Source: Dehalococcoidia bacterium (lineage in GTDB: Bacteria; Chloroflexota; Dehalococcoidia; Lucifugimonadales; UBA3495). From it: DNA of 64,000 bases. The stretch is taken from the NCBI GenBank assembly GCA_965216065.1, contig CBDCFB010000001.1, positions 77,802-141,801 on the forward strand. The letters are read 5' to 3'. Numbering within the stretch: position 1 is the first letter of the stretch; every line of letters starts with the position of its first letter. Of this stretch, positions 1 to 8,938 are shown piece by piece. The notes beneath the pieces were generated by a model, which had not been told where the DNA came from, did not search any database, and worked only from the letters and a program-made list of their open reading frames with translations. Made by a program: the position numbers and the translations under genes.

Positions 1-55
1 TGATCCTCATAAGACCCAGGTCGATAGTTCGGGCACCCCAGCTCCAAGTAACCGT

Positions 56-75
56 ACAAAATCAAGAACCTTCAC
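56..75. repeat. 20-nt conserved motif, copy 1 (ACAAAATCAAGAACCTTCAC)
   Basis: Read directly. It matches 3128-3147 and 3712-3731 at 17-19 of 20 positions. Confidence 0.5.
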
Positions 76-298
76 GTTGAAGTTCAGGATTATCCCGTAG
101 TACTTTGGGGAACCGCCAGTTGCCCGGATTCCACCTCAAGGACAACAACTGCACCCGATTCAGCGCGCTACGTATGCACCTCCGCACTTTGGATTGGCAT
201 CCATATTCCCATAACCCTGATGTAAGCGTGTGTCGATTTTCTACCATTATAGGAAAACTCTTCGGATAACAAGACATCGACATGGAATCCGTTCGAAC

Positions 299-1435
299 AT
301 GGGAGTGTTTGTTGCTTTGTTCGTTCTGTCCCTGACGGTGCTTTTTCCGATGGCTTGCAGTAGCGAGATGGAGGTGACCCGGGAGGTGCCGGTTACGGTG
401 GAGGCGACCCGCGAGGTGCCGGCAACGGCCTCCATTCAGCAGGGGCAAGCAATGACAGGGAGCCGGATCAACTTGGTTCGAGACCGGGGCTACGTAATCT
501 GCGCCAGCCGGAACGACCTACCCGGTTGGGGGTGGCTTGACGACGAAGGAAACAACGTTGGTTTCGACATAGACCTGTGCCGCGCCGTGGCGGCTGCGGT
601 ACTGGGTGACCCCACTGCCATCGAGATTCGGCTCATTAGCGCCAGGGAGCGTGGGCCAACCATTATGGCTGGCGAGGTGGACCTGATGGTGCGCACGGTC
701 ACCTGGACCTCCGCCCGCGACGCCAGTTGGGGCACCTATGTCCAGATCATGTTCTACGACGGGCAGGGCTTTATGGTCCGGCAGGGCCGAGGCGTCAACA
801 GCGCCTTGGAGTTGCAGAACGCCACCGTCTGCGTGATCTCGCGCACCACCACTGAGTTGAACCTGCACAACTTCTCGCGCCGGAACGGGTTGGATCTCAA
901 CGTGTTGGCGTTGGAGGATCCAGACTCGGTGATCCAAGCCTATGAGGAAGACAGATGTGACGCTTACACCAACGATCATTCCCAGTTGGAGCCCTTGCGG
1001 ACCTTCGCCCTCCGCAATCCGGACGACCATGTAATTCTGCCGGAGTTCATCTCTGAGGAGCCCTTGGCGCCGGTGGTACCTCACGGCGACGAACAGTGGG
1101 CCGACATCGTGAGGACGGTGATGGCGATACTCATCTGGGCCGAGGCTCACTCCATCGCCTCGGACGCAGTGCCCACGACGCCCACTGGTAGCGACGCTGT
1201 TGACCGGCTTTTGGGGTTGCATGGATCCTGGGGTCAGAGGACGTTGGGCCTCAGCCAGGCAGTGGCCCGGGATGTGATAGAGGCCGTGGGCAACTACGGC
1301 GAGATTTACGACCGTAACCTGGGGACCTACGGACTCGGCCTTGTGCGTGAGAACTCCCGTAACGCTCTCTGGCAAGCGGCACCTTGCACAGACTGTCCCA
1401 AAGGCGGACAGATTTACGCGCCGCCTTTGCGGTGA
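299..1435 (+). CDS. Polar amino-acid ABC transporter substrate-binding lipoprotein (family-3 SBP)
   Basis: Frame of track ORF 230..1435. The internal ATG at 299 gives a lipoprotein signal (MGVFVALFVLSLTVLFPMAC/SS). The mature part carries the family-3 SBP signature GFDIDLCRAVAAAVLGDP and has the expected length. Confidence 0.8.
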   Translation: MGVFVALFVLSLTVLFPMACSSEMEVTREVPVTVEATREVPATASIQQGQAMTGSRINLVRDRGYVICASRNDLPGWGWLDDEGNNVGFDIDLCRAVAAAVLGDPTAIEIRLISARERGPTIMAGEVDLMVRTVTWTSARDASWGTYVQIMFYDGQGFMVRQGRGVNSALELQNATVCVISRTTTELNLHNFSRRNGLDLNVLALEDPDSVIQAYEEDRCDAYTNDHSQLEPLRTFALRNPDDHVILPEFISEEPLAPVVPHGDEQWADIVRTVMAILIWAEAHSIASDAVPTTPTGSDAVDRLLGLHGSWGQRTLGLSQAVARDVIEAVGNYGEIYDRNLGTYGLGLVRENSRNALWQAAPCTDCPKGGQIYAPPLR

Positions 1436-1546
1436 AGCCCTTTCACAAATCCCCCAAAAGGTCTCGGTTCGTAAAAGGGAGAGAGTAGAGGGGTACTTGG
1501 GGGAGTTGTCGCGAGTTTATGTTGGTTCTATGGAAAGGGCAATGAG

Positions 1547-2812
1547 ATGAGCGGTCCTTCTGGCGTTAATTTTCGAGAGAGACATGGATGCTCACGAGCC
1601 GTGAGCCATCCAACTGTCTACCGGAGTCCCGCCGTAATCGCCGGTGTCGCGCTTGCCCTGTTCATTGCGATGACAGGAATATTTGCCCCGATGTTGGCGC
1701 CCCATGATCCTCATGCTGTAACTCTTAGCTCAATACTCTGCCCTCCTGTCTCGTGCGAGAGTGACGGCCGGAGCCACGTTCTGGGAACGGACCATCTTGG
1801 CCGAGACGTACTGAGCCGCATTGTCACGAGCTTTAGAATCCATCTGTACATTGGTATCCTGGGGACCCTTTCGGGTCTCCTGGCCGCATGGATGTTGGTC
1901 ATTGCGCGCAGCATCAGAGGCGCTGCCCCTACTCCGGATATGCTGCGCCCGCTGTCCGACGTCCCGCTCTACGGCTTGGCCGCCATCGCGTACGTCATCG
2001 CCGTCCTTCTATCCCTTGTATTCGTGGCTTTCGTGGGCGCGTCGCTTATGTTCGTAGTCGTGTGCGTGGGGGTGTTTTCGTCCGTCTTGCCAATGGCCCT
2101 TGTTTATGAGTCCGTCAGAGGGGACCATGCATCTTCAAACCCGGTCCGGCTTGCCGCCCGCCGCGGGATTGCGCTGTCTCCGGTATGCTTCAGCCTGACC
2201 CTGCTGATGGGCCTCCTCATCGAGTCTACTTTGTCGTTTCTCGGACTCGGTGTTCCGCTTTCGGATCCGTCTTTGGGCGACATGATTGCAGGGGTAACCG
2301 TCTACCTCCCGACAGGGCTGTGGATGTTGATTTTCCCCTTGGGTATTGTGCTGGCGGCTGCGGTGGCCTTCGCGGCCATAGTCATCCAAGCGGGTAGAGA
2401 TCTTACCCCCGCCAGGGGAGCCAGGGTCCCGAGCGCCCTGCTGGCTGAGGCTGGCACGCCGGCAGGGTTCTGGATAAAATTGGCGGCCTGGTTGATTGAC
2501 TATGCCGTGTTGCTAGTCCTGGTTATCATTCTTGCCTCCATCACTGGCCAGCAACCCGGTATTGCGGAAGTCATTTCGGTAATAGCGTTTCTCATGGCCT
2601 ACGTATGGATTTCGGTTGCCTCTCTCGGCAAGCACGTCATTGGGCTGCATGTCTTGAGACCGGACGGCTCCAGCACCGGGTTAGGCCGGAGGTTTTGCCG
2701 CTGCATACTCTCGAGTCTGATGTTCGGCATCGGCCACTTGGTGATTGCTTTCCGGCAGGACAAGCGTGGCCTACACGACCTGATTTGCGACACGGTTGTA
2801 GTCCGTCGGTAG
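1547..2812 (+). CDS. DppC/OppC-like ABC permease fused to a C-terminal RDD domain
   Basis: The N-terminal part has 'APHDPHAV...LGTDHLGRDVLSRIV' and the EAA-loop-like 'ESTLSFLGLGVPLSDPSLGDMIA'. The last ~120 aa ('AGFWIKLAAWLIDYAVLL...DKRGLHDLICDTVVVRR') look like an RDD-family membrane domain. Confidence 0.65.
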   Translation: MSGPSGVNFRERHGCSRAVSHPTVYRSPAVIAGVALALFIAMTGIFAPMLAPHDPHAVTLSSILCPPVSCESDGRSHVLGTDHLGRDVLSRIVTSFRIHLYIGILGTLSGLLAAWMLVIARSIRGAAPTPDMLRPLSDVPLYGLAAIAYVIAVLLSLVFVAFVGASLMFVVVCVGVFSSVLPMALVYESVRGDHASSNPVRLAARRGIALSPVCFSLTLLMGLLIESTLSFLGLGVPLSDPSLGDMIAGVTVYLPTGLWMLIFPLGIVLAAAVAFAAIVIQAGRDLTPARGARVPSALLAEAGTPAGFWIKLAAWLIDYAVLLVLVIILASITGQQPGIAEVISVIAFLMAYVWISVASLGKHVIGLHVLRPDGSSTGLGRRFCRCILSSLMFGIGHLVIAFRQDKRGLHDLICDTVVVRR

Positions 2813-3127
2813 GACTCTGGAATGGTCGCGCCCTCCTTGCAGCCTGGAGCCAGTGCCGAGCATCTCCTACGAAAATCCCTCGGACCACCAGCCGAGATAG
2901 TGATGAAGAAAAAGGCGACAGCCAATATGGCCACATCCTCTACGATGGCGGTGAACCGCCATACAATGACGTCCGGTGCCTGCCCGTAGGCGATGAGAGG
3001 TATCAGAATCACCAACCCCAGAGAGGCGAGCAGATAGGTTCGTCCGACGGCGGCGGCCCGACGTCGGACGAACCTGCGGGACCTCCCTTGGTGTTGCCGT
3101 AGCGTTAGGGTTAAGGCCACCACACTG

Positions 3128-3147
3128 ACAAACTCAAGAACCTTCAC
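3128..3147. repeat. 20-nt conserved motif, copy 2 (ACAAACTCAAGAACCTTCAC)
   Basis: Read directly; see 56-75. Confidence 0.5.
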
Positions 3148-3173
3148 CCCTTTCCTTCGCCTTGATTTTTTAG

Positions 3174-3665
3174 TCACCCTGCACCAGATGTACCTGCGGC
3201 GGTAATTTGGAATAGGTGGGTGGAAAGACTGGCGCTGGAAAACTGTCTTCCATAAAGCACGCCTGAAGAATAACCGGAGCGGGTCTGACTTGACGCCGCG
3301 CACGGGTTACTCAAAAGAGGCCAACGGCGTTGGGCGGAAAGGTCCAGGCCGGCGTACTTCAGAGCGGGGTACTGGCTCGAGGTGCCAAAATTCCACCAGT
3401 CCGCGTTCCAGCTGGCGTATATGCCGTTGGTACTGGTCGGAGACTGTAGTTCGCGGGTCGTCTTACCTTCGCCGCCAGCACTGTCAGCATTACCAGAGGT
3501 TTGAATGTTCCAGTAACTGTCGCGGATTTCGCCACCTGTTTTTTCACCAACTAAGCCACCGCCTTGTCCAAGTAAAGAGGACACTCTGCCGGTGGCGTAA
3601 CTGTCGATGATCGTCGTGTACCAGCTGCAGCTCGCCTCGGCCGATGCCGAGTCTCTCCGCTCGGC
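3174..3665 (-). pseudogene. C-terminal remnant of a GLUG-motif adhesin-like protein
   Basis: The translation 'IDSYATGRVSSLLGQGGGLVGEKTGGEIRDSYWNIQTSG...GKTTRELQSPTS...YASWNADWWNFGTSSQYPALK' matches the GLUG repeat and the tail typical of large adhesins. It has no N-terminus. The frame is closed upstream by an in-frame TAG at 3666-3668. Confidence 0.55.
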
Positions 3666-3711
3666 CTAGGTTTGTTCAAGCTGGCGGGCTTCCGAAGGCT
3701 CACCTAACTGG

Positions 3712-3731
3712 TCAAAATCAAGAACCTTTAC
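3712..3731. repeat. 20-nt conserved motif, copy 3 (TCAAAATCAAGAACCTTTAC)
   Basis: Read directly; see 56-75. Confidence 0.5.
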
Positions 3732-4296
3732 CATTTCATTCAGCTTGGCGCTGTAATCAGCCGCCATCTCTAAGCCTACCTGGCGGAGCACCCTCCCCAA
3801 AGTGGGCACGGAAGGGCTGCACCGCAGCCTCAACCCACGCAGGCGCCTCAAGGTGTAATTATCCAAACCGCCCGATTCCGCTCAGGGACCGGCGGTTGGC
3901 CATCAGGCCCAACATTCCTTCCTGAGAATGTACCCGTCCCTATCGCTGACGAGGGTCTGGGATATCCCTCAAACAGCCGCGAAGCAAGGCGAATTCCTCG
4001 TCCACCATTGACTGTTACTCTTCTATGACTCACCTACCTTCTTCTGCTTTCCACATTGCCACGACTCTGAAAAGGCCCTGCCTCCACCGACTCCCCAATT
4101 GACCCACCCATCTACCTTAGCGAGAGTGACCCGACACCCACCAAGAATGTGGTCGTCGGATGTCGGAATGGCGTCCGCAGGAAGAATTTCATAGAAAGAA
4201 ATACGTTGCCGCAATGAAGATACATTAACGGAAATTTCCTGCACGCCCCCAACTCATGGCGAACCGGGTGCTTGCAGCGGGTAGGTATGGTGTAGG

Positions 4297-4590
4297 TCAG
4301 CTCAACCACTTGAGGGCCTCTTCGGCTGCCTCGCGCCAGGTGTAGCGCGCGATCATGTCTCCGTGCCGCCATCGGCCCTGGTGCTGGACCACTGCGGTGA
4401 GCGCTCCCGTGGCCACCATCCGCCGGGCCATGCCGATGAGGCCGCTGTGTCCGGAGAAACCGTCGCCTAGGCCTGCTGCCCGCGCCGCGGCACAGACCCG
4501 GTTGACCAGGGCCCCGCCGGTCAGCCCGAACACCGAGCCCTCGGAGAGAGGGTGTTCGGCCCCGTCCGGCTGAATCTCGCGCAGGGCGCG
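4297..4590 (-). pseudogene. Tyrosine recombinase, C-terminal fragment only
   Basis: Only the last ~95 aa of track ORF 4297..5265 look real: 'FSGHSGLIGMARRMVATGALTAVVQHQGRWRHGDMIARYTWREAAEEALKWL'. This carries the HxxR-like box and the terminal RY. The rest of that ORF is antisense to the next gene. Confidence 0.6.
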
Positions 4591-4737
4591 GGAGGATGGC
4601 TCGAGTGAACTTTTATCCTGAAAGTTCCCATTTCCGGTCCGCCGGCCCGCTCGGGCCTCTAGGTACCAGGTTCGCGCTGTGGCTCGGAGACCGGGGTTAT
4701 CTTGCCCGAATGGGAACTTTTGGCGTAAAAGTTCCCA

Positions 4738-5286
4738 ATGATAATTCCCCACTACTGGAACCCCCAGCAGGTCGAGCGGCTCCTGGACTCCCTGGCGGCC
4801 CTGGCACTTCGCCGCGCCCGGGTGGCGGCGCTCATCATGTGGCGGACTGGCCTGCGTATCGGTGAGACCGTGGCCCTGGAGTGGCGGGACATAGACCTGA
4901 CGGCCGGCACCCTGCTCGTCCGCCTGGGCAAGGGCGGCCGGGGTCGGACCGTCCCACTGCACCCGGACCTGGCCAATATGTTCGCCAACTGGCCCGCGTC
5001 CTATGGGCCGCGGGATCTCGTTGTCGGGTTGACTCGTAAAACTGTACTGCGACATCTGCGGTCTGGCATCGAGCATGCCGACCTTGACCAGGAGTCGCCT
5101 GGGACCGGGCGCCAGATGGCTGGGGCCCACAGCCTGCGGCACAGTGCGGCCCGGCACTGGCTGACCACTGCGGGGATCCCGCTGAACGTGGTCAGCCAAT
5201 GGCTGGGGCATGCGACCCCGGAGGTGACGCTCCGCATCTACCTGCCGATCGTGGGCAGCACCCACTCCATGGCGGACGTCCCGTAG
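4738..5286 (+). CDS. Tyrosine recombinase/integrase (catalytic domain; N-terminal SAM-like domain missing)
   Basis: Motifs 'RTGLRIGETVALEWRDIDL', 'GKGGRGRTVPLH', 'HSLRHSAARHWL', 'LGHATPEVTLRIY' supply the R..HxxR..H..Y catalytic set. At 182 aa it is shorter than typical integrases. Confidence 0.75.
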   Translation: MIIPHYWNPQQVERLLDSLAALALRRARVAALIMWRTGLRIGETVALEWRDIDLTAGTLLVRLGKGGRGRTVPLHPDLANMFANWPASYGPRDLVVGLTRKTVLRHLRSGIEHADLDQESPGTGRQMAGAHSLRHSAARHWLTTAGIPLNVVSQWLGHATPEVTLRIYLPIVGSTHSMADVP

Positions 5287-5404
5287 GGTGGGTCAGTGCC
5301 GGTTGTCTTGGTCCTGCAGGGTCCAGGCCTCCACCAGTTCGAAGACCCCGGGGGAGCGCCATCCGGGCGATATGCCGTCCGTCCCCGGCTGAGGGCGCGG
5401 GGCT

Positions 5405-6280
5405 TCAGCAGAAGGGCAGATCGCCAAGGTTAGAGAAGTCAAAAAGCAACAAGTCGTCTTCCAAGCTGCTTGGCACGCACCCGCTCAAGTCGTTGCCGTT
5501 GAGGTCCAGTTCTACCAGATTGGAGAGGCTGCCCAGCTCCGCTGGTATCTCCCCGCTCAACTCGTTGTTGAGGAGTCTTAGAAATTGCAGGTTGGATAGG
5601 CTGCCCAGCTCCGCTGGTATCTCCCCGCTCAACTCGTTGCCCTCGAGGTCCATATGTCTCAGGTTGGAGAGGCTGCCCAGCTCCGCCGGTATCTCCCCGC
5701 TCAAGTAGTTGTCGCCGAGGTCCAACTCTGTCAGGTTGGAGAGGCTGCCCAGCTCCGTCGGTATCTCCCCTCCCAAGTAGTTGCCGCGGAGGCTCAGCTC
5801 TCTCAGGTTGGAGAGGCTGCCCAGCTCCGCCGGTATCTCCCCTCTCAACTCCCTGTAGCTGTGGTCCAACTTTATAACGCGCCCATCGTCGTCAGTTTTG
5901 ACGCCGTCCCATTCGCTGAGGGGCGCGTCGCTCAGCCATTTGCTCCGGCCCGTTGCGTTGTAGAGGGCAGCCAGGGCTTCCCGGTCCGTTTCGACGGAGC
6001 CGGAGGCCGCGGGCGGCGCTGTCGTAGCCGTAGGTCGCGGCGCAACGGTGGCAGTGGGCGCGTCCACTGCCCCTGTCGTGGAAGGCGTCCGTGCGGGGGA
6101 GGCCGGCGTCTCCGGCTCATCGGTGGCCCGTTCAGAGTCGGGCAGGTCTGTCGGCGCGGCGGTGGCCCGTTCCGAGGACGGCGCGTCCGTCGGCTCATCC
6201 GAGCCGCCGCAGGCCAGCAGCAGCAACGGCAGAAGCAGTGCCAAGGCAAAGATTCCCAGGTAAATCCGTGGCGTTCTCAT
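5405..6280 (-). CDS. Leucine-rich-repeat (plant-type 24-aa LRR) lipoprotein
   Basis: It has a lipoprotein signal (MRTPRIYLGIFALALLLPLLLLAC/GG) and a P/T/A-rich linker. Six units of 'L.GEIPAELGSLSNL..L.L..N' follow. Confidence 0.85.
   Translation of the reverse strand: MRTPRIYLGIFALALLLPLLLLACGGSDEPTDAPSSERATAAPTDLPDSERATDEPETPASPARTPSTTGAVDAPTATVAPRPTATTAPPAASGSVETDREALAALYNATGRSKWLSDAPLSEWDGVKTDDDGRVIKLDHSYRELRGEIPAELGSLSNLRELSLRGNYLGGEIPTELGSLSNLTELDLGDNYLSGEIPAELGSLSNLRHMDLEGNELSGEIPAELGSLSNLQFLRLLNNELSGEIPAELGSLSNLVELDLNGNDLSGCVPSSLEDDLLLFDFSNLGDLPFC
5500..5865 (-). repeat. 72-nt tandem coding repeats (LRR units)
   Basis: Period-72 repetition of '...ggttggagaggctgcccagctccgc.ggtatctcccc...' is visible in the sequence. 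Confidence 0.8.
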
Positions 6281-6784
6281 CTAGATTCACTCCCTGTGTT
6301 TGCTGGGCGGGGGTGTGACGGCGCGGCGCGTCCGAAATCTAACACCCGGCGGAAAATTGCCTGCATCGCTTTGGACTGCGATTCCGAGGGTAGTTGTACA
6401 ACCGGGACGGGCGCAGTCGAAACAGAGGCCTTAATTCTCACCCTGCGGCGGGGTAATCCCTCGAGCTGGGTTTGCTCATCTGAAAACAGTCTTTGGGAAA
6501 TTCGTCGGAGGCGGTCTGCAACTCTCGACTGTACCGCTTTCTGTTCGGCGTTAGGGGTTTTTATAACACATCAGAGCATGGTATGCCGTATCCCTACGCA
6601 CTAGGAAGGCTGGCATGATGGGTGGGGAAATTGCGTAGGCGGCTCCAGGCCGACACCGGAATGACTGGTTGGGTTTTTGCCAAGCGCGCACCGCCGCACG
6701 CCTACGGAAGGTGGAGGACGATCCCCAGGACGAGCGGGCTAACCCGTCTGCGTGGAGCCCGGCTTGGGAGCAGGGTGAGAGGAT

Positions 6785-8056
6785 TTAGCCGCCCCCGCCG
6801 TCACCGGCGGTGTCACCGCCGCCACCGCCTCCTTGGGTGGTGGACATGGATTTGATATTGGGGCCTCCTTGCAGATCCCAGGAGTCGGCGCCGATGAAAC
6901 CGCGGTAGGCGCCGTGGAGGCCCTGTCGGGTCTGTTCCCTGGGGCCGTCGGGGAGAAACCAGGGCGGCACGGCGCGGATATGGTTGACCCACTGTCTCGC
7001 TTCGTTCAGGGCCACGGCGTACGGCAGCATGGGATCAGGCTGGCTGGGGTCCAGAATTGGGGAGACCAGGCCGTCCCTGATCGACCCATTGAAGGCCCAC
7101 CATCGGCTAATCTCGAGGGCCCCGGCCGGAGTCGGGTTCAGGCGTCCTGAGGTCTCGTCAAAAGCGTAGCCAAAGAAAACACACGCTATCGGGAATCCGA
7201 TGGCGGCGCCGGCCCACCAGGGCAGCCAGATGTTGACCCAAAGGCCCACGCCGAAGCCCAATATTACTGAGGCCAAAACCCACGCGTTTCTCGCCACCCA
7301 ACCCTGGCCCCGGTCTGCCATGACCTGCAAGGGGGGTTCATCAAAAATGCCCCGGGACTGCAGACACTCGTCCAGATGGGTACTTATGGCTTTCCGCCGC
7401 CCCTCGAATTTTGACTTCACTTCATCTGATTTTGACTTCAGAAAATCTGAGTCAGAGTGGAAGGTCAGAGCGCTGTAGATTTCCTTTTCCCAAGGCTGAT
7501 CGGGTTCGAACTGCCGGGTAAACCAGACGTGGGATTGATATTTCCTTTCCTCCTCGATTTCGCCGTAACCGCCGGTGATGGTCAAGTTGCCCTTCTGGAG
7601 CATGTCCACGAGGATGGACAGGTAGGTTTGCGGGCCGACCTTCCGGCTGCCAAGCACCGACACCGCCGGGGCGGGAAGGTCGCTGGGGAGCGTGGTCAAA
7701 CCCTCGGGCACTTGGGGGTAGTCGATGGCGGACAAGCGGGACTTGCGGATGCGGGAGACGATGAGAAGCAGGGCGAGCAGGGCAAAGACGGAAATCCGGA
7801 GCGACCAATAGAGGAGATAGGTGACGCGCTCCCAGTTCACGGCGGGGAACCGGTTGATTAGGCTGGTGTCGAGTAGTGGGATGGTCTCCTTGAAAATCCA
7901 GGAAACTCCCTCCTGCTCGAAGATCCGGAAAACTCCCTCCCCCTTGGCGGCGGTAGGTTCCTGGGATGGCCCATCCGAGCCGCCGCAGGCCAGCAGCAGC
8001 AATGGCAGAAGCAGTGCCAGGGCAAAGATTCCCAGGTAAATTCGTGGCGTTCTCAT
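6785..8056 (-). CDS. DUF2207-like membrane lipoprotein with Gly-rich tail
   Basis: The start is taken at the ATG at 8056, which gives the same signal peptide as the LRR gene. It has internal TM segments and a C-terminal 'TTQGGGGGGDTAGDGGGG' tail, as in DUF2207 proteins. Confidence 0.6.
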   Translation of the reverse strand: MRTPRIYLGIFALALLLPLLLLACGGSDGPSQEPTAAKGEGVFRIFEQEGVSWIFKETIPLLDTSLINRFPAVNWERVTYLLYWSLRISVFALLALLLIVSRIRKSRLSAIDYPQVPEGLTTLPSDLPAPAVSVLGSRKVGPQTYLSILVDMLQKGNLTITGGYGEIEEERKYQSHVWFTRQFEPDQPWEKEIYSALTFHSDSDFLKSKSDEVKSKFEGRRKAISTHLDECLQSRGIFDEPPLQVMADRGQGWVARNAWVLASVILGFGVGLWVNIWLPWWAGAAIGFPIACVFFGYAFDETSGRLNPTPAGALEISRWWAFNGSIRDGLVSPILDPSQPDPMLPYAVALNEARQWVNHIRAVPPWFLPDGPREQTRQGLHGAYRGFIGADSWDLQGGPNIKSMSTTQGGGGGGDTAGDGGGG

Positions 8057-8176
8057 CTTGCTCCAGTTCCTTCGTATTCGGCCGCGAGGTATAAATCGCG
8101 GTACGCTCATGTCAGCACGGTTCAGGTCCAAGTCGGTCGCGAAAATCACCCTGCCAGATAAATCGTTGTGGTAATG

Positions 8177-8881
8177 CTAGTCGTCGCCGAAAAAGTCCGT
8201 AATTCTCAGGATAATCAGGAATAGGTTGATGAAGTTCAGGTACAGTCCCACGGCCCCCATTATCGCTATCTTGCCGGCAGCCTCTTCGTCGCCCTCTGCG
8301 GCGGCTTCCTGGGCCAGTTCCTTCACCTGTTTGGTCTCGTAGATCGTCAGGGCCAGAAATACCGGCAAGAGCAGTAGGCTGACCACCCAGCCGATGAAGC
8401 TCGACCCGATGAAGATGTTGACCATCATCATGACGACCAGGCCCAACAGGGCGAACCCTAGGATGGGCCCCCAGTTGGTCAGGTCTTTCTTCGTGGTCAG
8501 CCCGATCACGCTCATCGCGACGAATACGCCTCCCGTCAGCGCCAGCGCAAACAGAAGCGTTTCGACCCGGTAGGCGGCTACCCCGGATAACATCACCCCG
8601 CCCACAGCGGTAAACGTAAAGTAGAGTCCCAGCAGAATCCGCACGGGCGCTCTATCGGAGGCCCAGCGCATCCCGAATAGGATTCCGATCCACAGTACCA
8701 GGGCAATCAGAAAGCCGAAGAGTCCGATGCCCACCTGATAGGCCGCGAAACCGACGACTGTGGTGAGGACCAATCCGGCTGTCATCCACATGTATAGCCG
8801 GGTCATGGCGGCGGTGAAGATGGCGTCAGCTGAGTTTGCGCCGAAATAGGGGGTCGATGCGGGTTGGAACGGTGTGGTCAT
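8177..8881 (-). CDS. Bax inhibitor-1/YccA family membrane protein
   Basis: Seven-TM pattern with 'MTRLYMWMTAGLVLT' and the terminal 'LYLNFINLFLIILRI' signature. Confidence 0.85.
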   Translation of the reverse strand: MTTPFQPASTPYFGANSADAIFTAAMTRLYMWMTAGLVLTTVVGFAAYQVGIGLFGFLIALVLWIGILFGMRWASDRAPVRILLGLYFTFTAVGGVMLSGVAAYRVETLLFALALTGGVFVAMSVIGLTTKKDLTNWGPILGFALLGLVVMMMVNIFIGSSFIGWVVSLLLLPVFLALTIYETKQVKELAQEAAAEGDEEAAGKIAIMGAVGLYLNFINLFLIILRITDFFGDD

Positions 8882-8938
8882 GATTATGTCCTCTGGCGTA
8901 GGTTCTCCCGGTTCACCATCTCCGTGTCTCTGCCACGG

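Noticed and set aside
2599-3303. 234-aa minus-strand ORF; from GTG 3147 it might encode a small three-TM membrane protein
   Set aside because: It has no ATG and overlaps the convergent permease-RDD gene by more than 200 nt before reaching a stop. The hydrophobic stretches are suggestive but insufficient, so it is left uncalled.
4297-5265. 322-aa minus-strand ORF
   Set aside because: Only its last ~95 aa resemble a recombinase. The remainder is antisense to the plus-strand integrase gene and has Arg/Pro/Gly-rich composition.
3600-5400. A tRNA gene serving as an integration site next to the integrase remnants
   Set aside because: I saw no cloverleaf-compatible sequence or conserved T-loop (GTTCGAATC-like in context) by eye. 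This needs tRNAscan to be certain.
5500-5865. Regular 72-nt tandem repeats that might suggest a CRISPR array or satellite
   Set aside because: There are no unique spacers. The repeats are in frame and encode consecutive 24-aa LRR units of the lipoprotein at 5405-6280.
5654-6604. 316-aa plus-strand ORF (and 24290-25450, 386 aa)
   Set aside because: They are antisense to the LRR lipoprotein and to the 24424-25284 lipoprotein respectively, with repetitive Arg/Gly-rich translations.
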